Shown here: positions 55,383 through 63,212 of the stretch, one piece after another | Layout: each line of letters opens with the position of its first letter | Numbering within the stretch: the stretch's first letter is position 1 | IMG/VR virus record: IMGVR_UViG_2873063797_000001 | Coordinates: 1 to 64,000 of that record | DNA: 64,000 nucleotides | Direction: 5' to 3' (one strand) | Source of the DNA: a virus | Taxonomy: Duplodnaviria > Caudoviricetes | Position numbers and translations under genes: made by a program | The notes under the pieces: generated by a model | What the model was told of the DNA's origin: nothing | The model's input: the letters and a program-made list of their open reading frames with translations, nothing else | The model's database searches: none

Positions 55383-55781
55383 ATGCGCATCACCAAGAAC
55401 CAGACCACCCGCAAGACCCTCGCCGACCTCTACCGCAGCATCGACCGCGCCACCGTCGTCACGATCACCTACCGCGACGAGAAAGGCGAGGAGACGATCC
55501 GTAGCATCGAGCCGTACGAGATCCGCACCACCAAAGCCGGCCGCATCCAGGTCCGCGCCATGTGCCGCCTCCGCGGCGACGCCCGCTCCTTCTACGTCGA
55601 CCAGGTCGTGTCCTACACCTGCCACCGGATGGCGTTCGTCCTCGACCGGCCGGAGGCAACGACCCCCGCCGGACAGGGCATCGTGGTCCGTAGCGCCGCA
55701 CAGCTCATCGCCCGCGAACTCGGACGCGACTACCTCCCCGCACGCCGCCTTGCACGTACCGACCTCGCACCCGCCGCCTAG
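55383..55781 (+). CDS. Stand-alone WYL-domain protein
   Basis: VTITYRDEKGEETIRSIEPYEI...AMCRLRGDARSF..D. Confidence 0.85.
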   Translation: MRITKNQTTRKTLADLYRSIDRATVVTITYRDEKGEETIRSIEPYEIRTTKAGRIQVRAMCRLRGDARSFYVDQVVSYTCHRMAFVLDRPEATTPAGQGIVVRSAAQLIARELGRDYLPARRLARTDLAPAA

Positions 55782-55791
55782 GGAGAATCCC

Positions 55792-56139
55792 ATGTCGAAC
55801 ACCGACAAGCCCTACGAAGTTCTGATCACTGGAGCCGGGTTCTCCCAGCCCGCCAGGTTCGCCACCGTAGAAGAGGCCTACGCCGAAGCCCACCGTGTCC
55901 GCAAGGACGCCGAAGCTGGCGAACGCGTGACCTTCACCAACCTGATCGGACAGACAGGCGCGCACCTCGTCCTCGGCATCCGCATCAACGGCTGGAACCC
56001 GATCACCAACACCTGGCTCACCCACGCCGACCTTTGGAGCGCGAGGAAGCCCTCGCCCGACGCCCTCACCCCGATCCCCGCAGACTGGCACGGCGTTCCA
56101 CTGCCCGACGACTGGTACGGCAAGTCGACGGCCGTCTGA
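55792..56139 (+). CDS. Hypothetical protein
   Basis: GGGAG RBS. Confidence 0.7.
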   Translation: MSNTDKPYEVLITGAGFSQPARFATVEEAYAEAHRVRKDAEAGERVTFTNLIGQTGAHLVLGIRINGWNPITNTWLTHADLWSARKPSPDALTPIPADWHGVPLPDDWYGKSTAV

Positions 56140-56260
56140 CCTCCGCTCAGCAGGAAGGCCACCGCCCTGTGTTGGGTGGTGGCCGAGTCGTAGAGATCGC
56201 GCAGACGGAGTCTAACCTTGAAGCCCTTTGCGGGGCTACCGCCTCTGACGAACCCGCAGA

Positions 56261-56791
56261 ATGGAGCCCGTGACCGTGACCCACCAGACCGCCCTCTTCG
56301 GCCAGCACCAGATGGCTCTGGTCCGCCAGGACAGCGTCGCGCGGCGCTGGCAGTGCACCGAGTGCGGCGTGCGAGCGGAGCACTGGTTCAACGCGCAGTC
56401 CCGGTACGAGACCCGGCGGTGGATCGACTGGACGGCTCCCGACGGGCGTACCTGGTACACGGACTTCCGCGACGGGTACGCCGATCCGCCGGCCTGCCCC
56501 CTGCCCGGTATCCCCGCCGTGTGCCCGTGGGAGACGCCGTTCGTCCAGCTGTACCGCGGGGCGTGGGGCGACGTGCACCTGGACACGGCGATGCGGACCT
56601 GGTGTGAGCGGCATCAGCAGGCGATCAGCGAGTGCACCGACCCCGGCCCGTACTGCCCCGGATGGCAGGCACACGAGGACGGGGAGCCCGGCATGCCCGG
56701 ACCGTGCACCGGTCGGGAGAACTCCTGCAAGTGCATGTGCCCGGCCTGCTGCGGCGACACCCCCGACGTGTGGGGCGCCCCCGTCTACTGA
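56261..56791 (+). CDS. Cys/Trp-rich hypothetical protein
   Basis: Codon bias; many Cys. Confidence 0.65.
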   Translation: MEPVTVTHQTALFGQHQMALVRQDSVARRWQCTECGVRAEHWFNAQSRYETRRWIDWTAPDGRTWYTDFRDGYADPPACPLPGIPAVCPWETPFVQLYRGAWGDVHLDTAMRTWCERHQQAISECTDPGPYCPGWQAHEDGEPGMPGPCTGRENSCKCMCPACCGDTPDVWGAPVY

Positions 56792-56901
56792 CGGACACGC
56801 CGCCCCGGCAGGGGGGAACGCGGGCCGGTCTTCCGTCATACGGTGCCTCTACGACCTGCGGAACCCCGCCCGGACCGCCCTCCCACCACCATGCTGATCT
56901 T

Positions 56902-57020
56902 TCAGTAAAACCTCGGGACACCCCCACCCAGCAGCCCCATCGTGGTGTACGGCGCGGACCCAGCCCACCCCTCGCCCACGCGACATCCCCTAGTGGGTGG
57001 TGGTCCCGAGGTTTTACTGA
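56902..57020. repeat. Perfect 18-bp inverted repeat flanking 83 bp
   Basis: tcagtaaaacctcgggac (56902-56919) / gtcccgaggttttactga (57003-57020). Confidence 0.85.
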
Positions 57021-57060
57021 GGATCTTGATCTGGTGTGGGGTGCGGGCACAATAGGGCCC

Positions 57061-57918
57061 ATGGAACCCCGCGCACTCCTCGACACCTGGCTGGACACCG
57101 CAACCAACCTGCGATCCTCCAGCCGCATCGAGTACCGGCGCGAGGTCACCCGCTGGCTCACCTGGTGCGAAGATCAGCGTCCCCCGGTCAACCCCTACCG
57201 GTGCGGCATCGAGGACATCGCCGCCTGGGCCGGCACCCTCCTCACCGACCACCTGGACGGACGGCCCTTCGACGGGCCCGACGCCCTCACCCACGTCGCC
57301 GAACACCATCGCGCCGCCGCGTTGACCCACGACCGGCGGATCACCGCCATCACCCAGTACTACGAAGCCGCCAAAGACCGCGGCGCCATCCGCCTCGCCC
57401 CCGACCTCACCATGCTCCGCTCCGGCGTCGACCGCGACGCCGGCACCCCCCGCCGGCTCACCCCCATGGAACGCAACGTCCTCCTCATCTGCATCGGCAT
57501 GTGGGGACCCGACCGCGCCCGCCACTACCGCCGCGACCGCCTCATCGCCTACCTCCTCCTCGAGGGCCTGCGCCCGGCGGAGGTCGCCCGCGTCGACATG
57601 CGCCACCTCTACGACCTCGGCACCGGCGTCTGGGAAGTCCGCGCCCCCGACTACGAGTACGAAGCCGTCGGCAAGAAACACGTCCTGGAGCCGCTGACCG
57701 TGGCCGCGCTGATCGAATACCTGCCGCACCGCATCAAGCCCGCCGACGGAGTCCACACCCTCATCACCGTCCAAGGCGGCGGCCCCCTCGACTCCGGATA
57801 CCCCAACCTGATCATCCGGCAGATCGCCGCCCTCCACCCCCTCCTCGCACAGCGCACCCCACCCGTCACCGCCGACACCATCGCCCACACCGGGTACTGG
57901 GAGACGCCCCCCGGCTGA
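57061..57918 (+). CDS. Tyrosine-recombinase-like protein, C-terminally degenerate
   Basis: SAM-like N-terminus, LEGLRPAEV retained; HxxR replaced by ADTIAH; no canonical catalytic Tyr helix. Confidence 0.75.
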   Translation: MEPRALLDTWLDTATNLRSSSRIEYRREVTRWLTWCEDQRPPVNPYRCGIEDIAAWAGTLLTDHLDGRPFDGPDALTHVAEHHRAAALTHDRRITAITQYYEAAKDRGAIRLAPDLTMLRSGVDRDAGTPRRLTPMERNVLLICIGMWGPDRARHYRRDRLIAYLLLEGLRPAEVARVDMRHLYDLGTGVWEVRAPDYEYEAVGKKHVLEPLTVAALIEYLPHRIKPADGVHTLITVQGGGPLDSGYPNLIIRQIAALHPLLAQRTPPVTADTIAHTGYWETPPG

Positions 57919-57956
57919 GTAGGATCACAACCCACACACCGGGGAGAGGTGCCGCG

Positions 57957-58181
57957 ATGACGCTGGTAGCGGGCGAGTACGAGTTCACGTGCGACGAATG
58001 CGACGGGGACGGGAACCTGCAATACATCCGCATTACGACCGAGGGCGACGACGAGCCCGAACTCGTCTGGGACAAGTGCGACGACTGCCACGGCGAAGGC
58101 CGGCTCCTGGTCGACGAGGAAGAAGCGGCCGAGAAGATCCGCTGGGGGCAGACCCCGACACGCACCCCTGCCGCCGCCTAG
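57957..58181 (+). CDS. DnaJ-type zinc-finger small protein
   Basis: CDECDGDG ... CDDCHGEG. Confidence 0.75.
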   Translation: MTLVAGEYEFTCDECDGDGNLQYIRITTEGDDEPELVWDKCDDCHGEGRLLVDEEEAAEKIRWGQTPTRTPAAA

Positions 58182-59254
58182 TCTTCGTCCCCGCCCGGAA
58201 GACGCTCGGCAATTCGGGCGGCGATGCGGTAGCCGGGGCTGTTGTCGAGGCGGCCGCGCCGGCGGTCGTAGCGTCGGGTGGTCCGCGGGTCCTTGTGGTC
58301 GGCGAAGTCCTGCACGTGGTGGAGCTTGGCGTCGGGCGCGTCCAGGGCGTGGGTGACGGCGTCGTGCTTGAGGACGTGCGGGTGGAAGGTGGCCGCGTTG
58401 GCGATACCCGCCTTGGCCGCTAGGCGCCGCACGAGGCGCCACACGTAGGCCGGGTCCAGTGGGTTGCCGTTGCGGGTCTGGAACAGTGGTCCCGTGGTGC
58501 GGCCCGCGAGGTAGACGTCGATGGCGTGCCCGGTGGCCGGTGGGACGACCTTCGGTTTGCGGCGGCCACCCTTCAGGCGGACGTTGAGAATGCGGTGCCC
58601 CTTGTCGTAGCCGAGGTCGTCGGCTTGGGCGCCGAGGGCGGAGTCGAGGCGTAGCGCCACGGTGTAGATGGCGAGCAGGAGGGCGTAGGAGCGGGGTCCG
58701 TCCTCGTAGGCCGCGGCGAGCAGGCGCGCGGACTCTTCTTCGGTGCTGCCTTGGGTGTCGGAGCCGTCCTGGTCCAACTCGGGGCGGGCGACGAGGTCGA
58801 AGGGGTCGATGCCGTCTCCGAGGGCACGGACCGCGTACTTGTGGAAGCTGGAGCAGGCGGAGAGCAGGTTGGCGCGGGCGGCGTCGGAGCGGGGCGGACC
58901 GGTGGGGGCCTTCTGCCCGCGGTGGCCGCCCTTGACGGGGACCATGGTGGGTGCGGTTTCGAGGTGGCGGGAGAACGCTTCGGCGAGGGGGAAGCGGGCT
59001 TGGAGCGGGTGGGTGCCGGTCTCGCGGGCGTAGGTGTCCCACACCCGGTATTGGCGGACGTACGTCTGCCGGGTGTTCTTCGTCTTCTGCCGGGCAATCC
59101 AGGCGCCTACGAGACCGGGGTATGGGTCGCCTGCCGGGTAGTGGCCAGCCAACTCGGTGGCGAAGTCGAGGGCTTCGGAGGGCCAGTCGTCGGCGGCGCT
59201 GCGGGTGCGCGCGGCGAGTTGGCCGCCGCGCGCTCTCGGGACGAGCTCGGTCAT
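58178..59254 (-). CDS. Tyrosine recombinase/integrase
   Basis: VALRLDS (R), LKGG (K), HPHVLKH, FADHKDPRTTRRYD (H, Y). Confidence 0.88.
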   Translation of the reverse strand: MTELVPRARGGQLAARTRSAADDWPSEALDFATELAGHYPAGDPYPGLVGAWIARQKTKNTRQTYVRQYRVWDTYARETGTHPLQARFPLAEAFSRHLETAPTMVPVKGGHRGQKAPTGPPRSDAARANLLSACSSFHKYAVRALGDGIDPFDLVARPELDQDGSDTQGSTEEESARLLAAAYEDGPRSYALLLAIYTVALRLDSALGAQADDLGYDKGHRILNVRLKGGRRKPKVVPPATGHAIDVYLAGRTTGPLFQTRNGNPLDPAYVWRLVRRLAAKAGIANAATFHPHVLKHDAVTHALDAPDAKLHHVQDFADHKDPRTTRRYDRRRGRLDNSPGYRIAARIAERLPGGDED

Positions 59255-59676
59255 GGCCGAAGCTCCGTCGGAAAGTCGTGGTGATCCGTGTATGAAGCGG
59301 CTACGTCACGGACGTCGGGGCATGGCCACGCCCGTTGGCAGTGATTGCAGACCAGCACACCCCAGTGCGGTGCTTCGCACTCTGTGCACTGTCCCATGGA
59401 GTGCGGGGTGTGCCGGGCCAGCATGCGTCGCTTGGCCTCGACCTCGACAAGCACGCGTTCGGCTTCGCCTGGCGCTCGGGTTCCTGTGCCAGTGAAGAGG
59501 GTGAGAGCGGCGGCGGTGTCGGGGTCGTTCCGGACGACCTCCGCCAGAGCGAAGGCGCCCTCTGTGGCTTCGGTGGAGGTGACGATGGCTCCGCTCTCGC
59601 GGAGTCGGATGGCGGCCCGCATGAACGTCTCGTCGTCGTTCAGTCGGTCTTGCAGGAAGCGCAGCGGGTCGTCCAC
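59251..59676 (-). CDS. DUF6221-like protein
   Basis: FL..RL..DE ... RVL.EVEAKR.ML..H ... PC..VR..A..Y..H. Confidence 0.7.
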   Translation of the reverse strand: MDDPLRFLQDRLNDDETFMRAAIRLRESGAIVTSTEATEGAFALAEVVRNDPDTAAALTLFTGTGTRAPGEAERVLVEVEAKRRMLARHTPHSMGQCTECEAPHWGVLVCNHCQRAWPCPDVRDVAASYTDHHDFPTELRP

Positions 59677-59807
59677 GGATGGCCCCTTGGTTGGTTCGGT
59701 CCCCCGCCCATACGGGAGATCCACATAACAGTAATTATGTAGTAGGTGAGGGCCCGAGGTTCCCTTGACACCTGTTCAGGGACCTGTTCGACGTGTTCGA
59801 TTCTTCG

Positions 59808-60050
59808 TCAGGAACGATTCTGAGCAAGCGCCTCGGGGTCACGCAGATGCTCCAGCACCGCGCGTTGGATCTCCCTGGCCAGCAGGCTGTACTCGTCATC
59901 GTCCGGTTCCATCGTGAGCGTCGCGACAAGCCAGCGCAGGACTACTGCCATCGGAACGTCCACGAGTCCGACGTTCTCGGCTGCTTGCTGCGACCACGCC
60001 TTCAGCTTGCGATGCTGCTGGCGATCCAGATCAAGCGTTAGCCGGGACAT
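59808..60050 (-). CDS. Ribbon-helix-helix (CopG/ParG-like) protein
   Basis: SRLTLDLDRQQHRKLK...MAVVLRWLV. Confidence 0.65.
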   Translation of the reverse strand: MSRLTLDLDRQQHRKLKAWSQQAAENVGLVDVPMAVVLRWLVATLTMEPDDDEYSLLAREIQRAVLEHLRDPEALAQNRS

Positions 60051-60175
60051 CCTCTGTTGCTGCGGCACGGCGCCTCCTGTTGCACGTATCGGCAACCGTG
60101 GAACGACTGAGTGCAGCGCCCGTCACGCGGAACACACGTTATGCGCTTCTCCTGGAGCGATTCTGCCGCAGGACG

Positions 60176-61009
60176 CTAGCGGGCCGGATACAGGACGTCG
60201 AACTCTGGCGGCTCCCACCGGCCGAAGGTCGACACGTCGTCCTCGGTGAAGTCGGACGCCCCGCGAAGGGTCACTCTTCCCATGCGGAGACTTCGGAAGC
60301 TGATCCCCGGAGCTTCCATGCCCGCTGCTTTGGCTCGGCTGCGCACGACAATGTCGATGCCACCGGGCAGCAGAGCCTTCGCGGCGATGTTCCCCCAGCG
60401 GTCGATCTGCCGGAACAAGGGTCCTTCGGCCTGGCCGAGGCCGGCCAGCGTTCCCAGCCAGCCATCGGTGAACCTGAGCACGCTGGTCGTCTGGTCGCCG
60501 CTGTCACGCACAAAGACGCTGGTCTCTGCTCCAGGTAGCCGGACCCGGACGCCGTCGTGCATCAGGTGTACGGCGTCGGCCGTGCACCGTGACAGCTCCC
60601 CTGCCTGGTTGGCCGTGCCCCATGCCAACGTGAGAAGGCAGCCATCCCGCAGGCCAGCAGGATCGTCACGGCAGGTGGACAGCATGGCCCGCAGCCCAGC
60701 CTCGTCGATCGGCACGCTTTTCGGGGTGCGCCGGGTGGACGACGACTCCCACTCCATCTTCCAGCGGGTACACATCTCCCGAGTCAACGTGGTGTCGAAC
60801 CAATGCCCGTGGGGCTGCCAGGTTCGTATTGCGTACCAAGCCAGATCCACCGTGTTAGGGGACATCCGGCGCACCTTGATCAGGTACTCGATGTAGGCGG
60901 AAAACGCTTCCATCGTGCAGGGCCTAGGGCTTTCGCTCCGGCTCTCACACCAGTCCTGGAACTTACGACGCTGGAAGTCGTAGGCCCGCTGCGTCTCTGG
61001 CGTCGTCAT
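60176..61009 (-). CDS. Cre-like tyrosine-recombinase homologue with substituted catalytic residues
   Basis: RDGCLLTLAWGTANQAGEL, PLFRQIDRWG, SFRSLRMG, FGRW. Confidence 0.75.
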   Translation of the reverse strand: MTTPETQRAYDFQRRKFQDWCESRSESPRPCTMEAFSAYIEYLIKVRRMSPNTVDLAWYAIRTWQPHGHWFDTTLTREMCTRWKMEWESSSTRRTPKSVPIDEAGLRAMLSTCRDDPAGLRDGCLLTLAWGTANQAGELSRCTADAVHLMHDGVRVRLPGAETSVFVRDSGDQTTSVLRFTDGWLGTLAGLGQAEGPLFRQIDRWGNIAAKALLPGGIDIVVRSRAKAAGMEAPGISFRSLRMGRVTLRGASDFTEDDVSTFGRWEPPEFDVLYPAR

Positions 61010-61626
61010 GCAGCACCTCCAGATTGGGCGTTCCACAGCAGGGCGACGACGGTTGATTCGTACGGCCAGCGCGCCACTCCGCCGTGCTTGATCAGGTGTA
61101 GAAGGGTCCGGCTGGGGAGGGTCGCCCCAACCTCCAAGGGGACGCAACCGGGAGGAATCTCGCAGGGGCCTATCTCGGCCCGACTGCGTCCGTCATCGGT
61201 TTGCGTAGGTGCCGAACCAGTTGAGCGCTGCGCCCGAATGGGCTGAGTCCAGCACAGTTCCCCGTCAGCATCCGCTCCGGCTTGGTCGGCGTTCAATCGT
61301 GCGGAGAAGGCAGGGTGCAGTCGTTTCAGCCGCTCGGCGTTCGTCTCTCGTGCGGCGTCGGCTAGCGGTATCTCCCCTACCTCCAGAAGCGATACGGCGA
61401 ATTCGCCCGACATTAGGCCGGTGTGCACGCGCAGGAAGGCCGCAGCCTGCACCGGGGGCCAATAGGCAGCCCGGCGGAGCGTCTGGCCGATGCGATCCCT
61501 GTATGCGGCGGGTATCCGGTCACCGCGCAGATCCTGGCGGGTCTGAGCCAAAGCCTGCGCGGCGCTTGGGCTGTAGAGCATCTGGTCCAGCAGGCTGCCG
61601 GCCATCCGTTCGTGCAGTGTCCTCAT
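61006..61626 (-). CDS. Hypothetical protein
   Basis: GGAAGGA RBS; ATGA coupling. Confidence 0.6.
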   Translation of the reverse strand: MRTLHERMAGSLLDQMLYSPSAAQALAQTRQDLRGDRIPAAYRDRIGQTLRRAAYWPPVQAAAFLRVHTGLMSGEFAVSLLEVGEIPLADAARETNAERLKRLHPAFSARLNADQAGADADGELCWTQPIRAQRSTGSAPTQTDDGRSRAEIGPCEIPPGCVPLEVGATLPSRTLLHLIKHGGVARWPYESTVVALLWNAQSGGAA

Positions 61627-61719
61627 GCCCGTCCTTCCGGAGTGCAGACACATTGGAGTAGTTGAGATACTCTAAGCGTAGCAGTAGTCAAGCTACTCCG
61701 CCCCGCCTACGCTGAACCC

Positions 61720-61941
61720 ATGGACCTGACCGGCTACCTGACCTCCGACGAAGCAGCAGAACGGCTCGGCATCAACCGCCAGAGCCTGTACAACCTGGCC
61801 AACCGCTCACCGGATTTCCCGAAGCCCAAGAAGGTTGGGCGGACGTCCCTCTGGCCAGAGCACGGCGTAGACGAGTGGCGCGAGAAGCACCCGAAGCGAC
61901 AGACGAGAAAGGGGACAGAGGATGCCGACCAAGCCCCGTAA
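61720..61941 (+). CDS. AlpA/excisionase-like HTH protein, probably leaderless
   Basis: YLTSDEAAERLGINRQSLY...FPKP..VGR..LW; TACGCT 6 nt before ATG. Confidence 0.85.
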   Translation: MDLTGYLTSDEAAERLGINRQSLYNLANRSPDFPKPKKVGRTSLWPEHGVDEWREKHPKRQTRKGTEDADQAP

Positions 61942-62167
61942 GCCGTGGCGTGTGATCGTGACGGGTCCGGACGTGCGTGCCGAGTCGGACCACACCAGCG
62001 AGGCCAAGGCGTACGCGCTGGTTCGTGCCTCCCTCGGTGAGGAAAGCCCCGCCGACACTGCGCGGGTTGAGCAGTGGGAGGGCGGCCGGTGGTGGCACTT
62101 CGAGACCGTGCGCGCCGACGAGATCCGCGCGGCCCAGGCCGCCATCCGCAACATCGACGAGAAGTGA
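61922..62167 (+). CDS. Array gene 1 (ends ..DEK*)
   Basis: GGGGA RBS; stop lies inside the junction repeat. Confidence 0.7.
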   Translation: MPTKPRKPWRVIVTGPDVRAESDHTSEAKAYALVRASLGEESPADTARVEQWEGGRWWHFETVRADEIRAAQAAIRNIDEK

Positions 62168-62178
62168 GGACACCGACC

Positions 62179-62469
62179 ATGCTGACCCTGCACCCGATCA
62201 CCGGCGGCATCCGCGACGGACGCCACCAGCAGTACCCCACCCCCAACCTCCCGGCCCGCCCGGTCGCTTCGCAGGCGGAAGCTGAGGAGTCCGCCGTCCG
62301 TCTGTTCCGCGCCTACGGGGCGATCAGCTACCTGCGGCTCACCGACAGCGCTGGGGAGGAGGTCCGGGAGTACCGTCGCGGCGACTTCTTCCAGTCCACG
62401 TCGCCCCTACGGGACGTACACCGCCGCGTGGTCGACCAGGACCTCGGGTGCCGCGCCACCGAGAAGTGA
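62179..62469 (+). CDS. Array gene 2 (ends ..ATEK*)
   Basis: Bounded by junction repeats. Confidence 0.75.
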   Translation: MLTLHPITGGIRDGRHQQYPTPNLPARPVASQAEAEESAVRLFRAYGAISYLRLTDSAGEEVREYRRGDFFQSTSPLRDVHRRVVDQDLGCRATEK

Positions 62470-62480
62470 GGGAACCGACC

Positions 62481-62657
62481 ATGAGCGAGATGGAGTCACG
62501 GATCGCGTCGCTGGAAGCAACGAACAGCGACCTGCGGAGCGAGAACCGGGAGATCCGAAGGGAGATCTTGCGCGCGCTGCGGTTCATCGAGAAGGGTGAC
62601 GTCGGCTCCGCGCAGACCCTCATGCACCGCCTGTCCCTCAGCGTCGCCGAGAAGTGA
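62481..62657 (+). CDS. Array gene 3, coiled coil (ends ..VAEK*)
   Basis: Bounded by junction repeats. Confidence 0.75.
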   Translation: MSEMESRIASLEATNSDLRSENREIRREILRALRFIEKGDVGSAQTLMHRLSLSVAEK

Positions 62658-62664
62658 GGCCATC

Positions 62665-62835
62665 ATGAGCACTCCGACCGAACTCCGGACCCGTGCCGCC
62701 GAGCTGGAGAACCGCGTGCCTCCGGTCACGGCCGGCCCCCGTACCGACGACGAGCGGATGTGGCTGGAGAAGGCCGCCGCCCTCCGCGACGAGGCCGACC
62801 AGCTCGACGCCGCCGACCGCGCCACCGAGAAGTGA
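62665..62835 (+). CDS. Array gene 4 (ends ..ATEK*)
   Basis: Bounded by junction repeats. Confidence 0.75.
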   Translation: MSTPTELRTRAAELENRVPPVTAGPRTDDERMWLEKAAALRDEADQLDAADRATEK

Positions 62836-62846
62836 GGACACCGATC

Positions 62847-63008
62847 ATGGCCTACACCGCCTACATGCCGCCCGTGGGTGGTGGCAAGCAGAGCCACCCC
62901 GAGATCACCGACCACTGCCGCCCTGACAACGAGCCCACCCACCCGGAGCACGACTACCCGACTGCCGGTCCCGCGCGCTGCAATCGCTGCGGCGCCACCG
63001 AGAAGTGA
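62847..63008 (+). CDS. Array gene 5, His/Cys-containing (ends ..ATEK*)
   Basis: Bounded by junction repeats. Confidence 0.75.
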   Translation: MAYTAYMPPVGGGKQSHPEITDHCRPDNEPTHPEHDYPTAGPARCNRCGATEK

Positions 63009-63018
63009 GGACACGACC

Positions 63019-63201
63019 ATGACCACGAGCTGGCCGGAGCGGGTGCGACTCCCGCGCGGCCGCCACACTCACGCCGTCGGCTACGCGGCTGGCCACGCCG
63101 ACCGCGTCACCGCCTGCGCCCGGAACGCCGAACCCGGGGACTTCCTGGACGACGACAGCCCCATCACCTGCCCCGCCTGCCAACGCGTCACCGAGAAGTG
63201 A
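63019..63201 (+). CDS. Array gene 6, His/Cys-containing (ends ..VTEK*)
   Basis: Bounded by junction repeats. Confidence 0.75.
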   Translation: MTTSWPERVRLPRGRHTHAVGYAAGHADRVTACARNAEPGDFLDDDSPITCPACQRVTEK

Positions 63202-63212
63202 GGACACCGACC

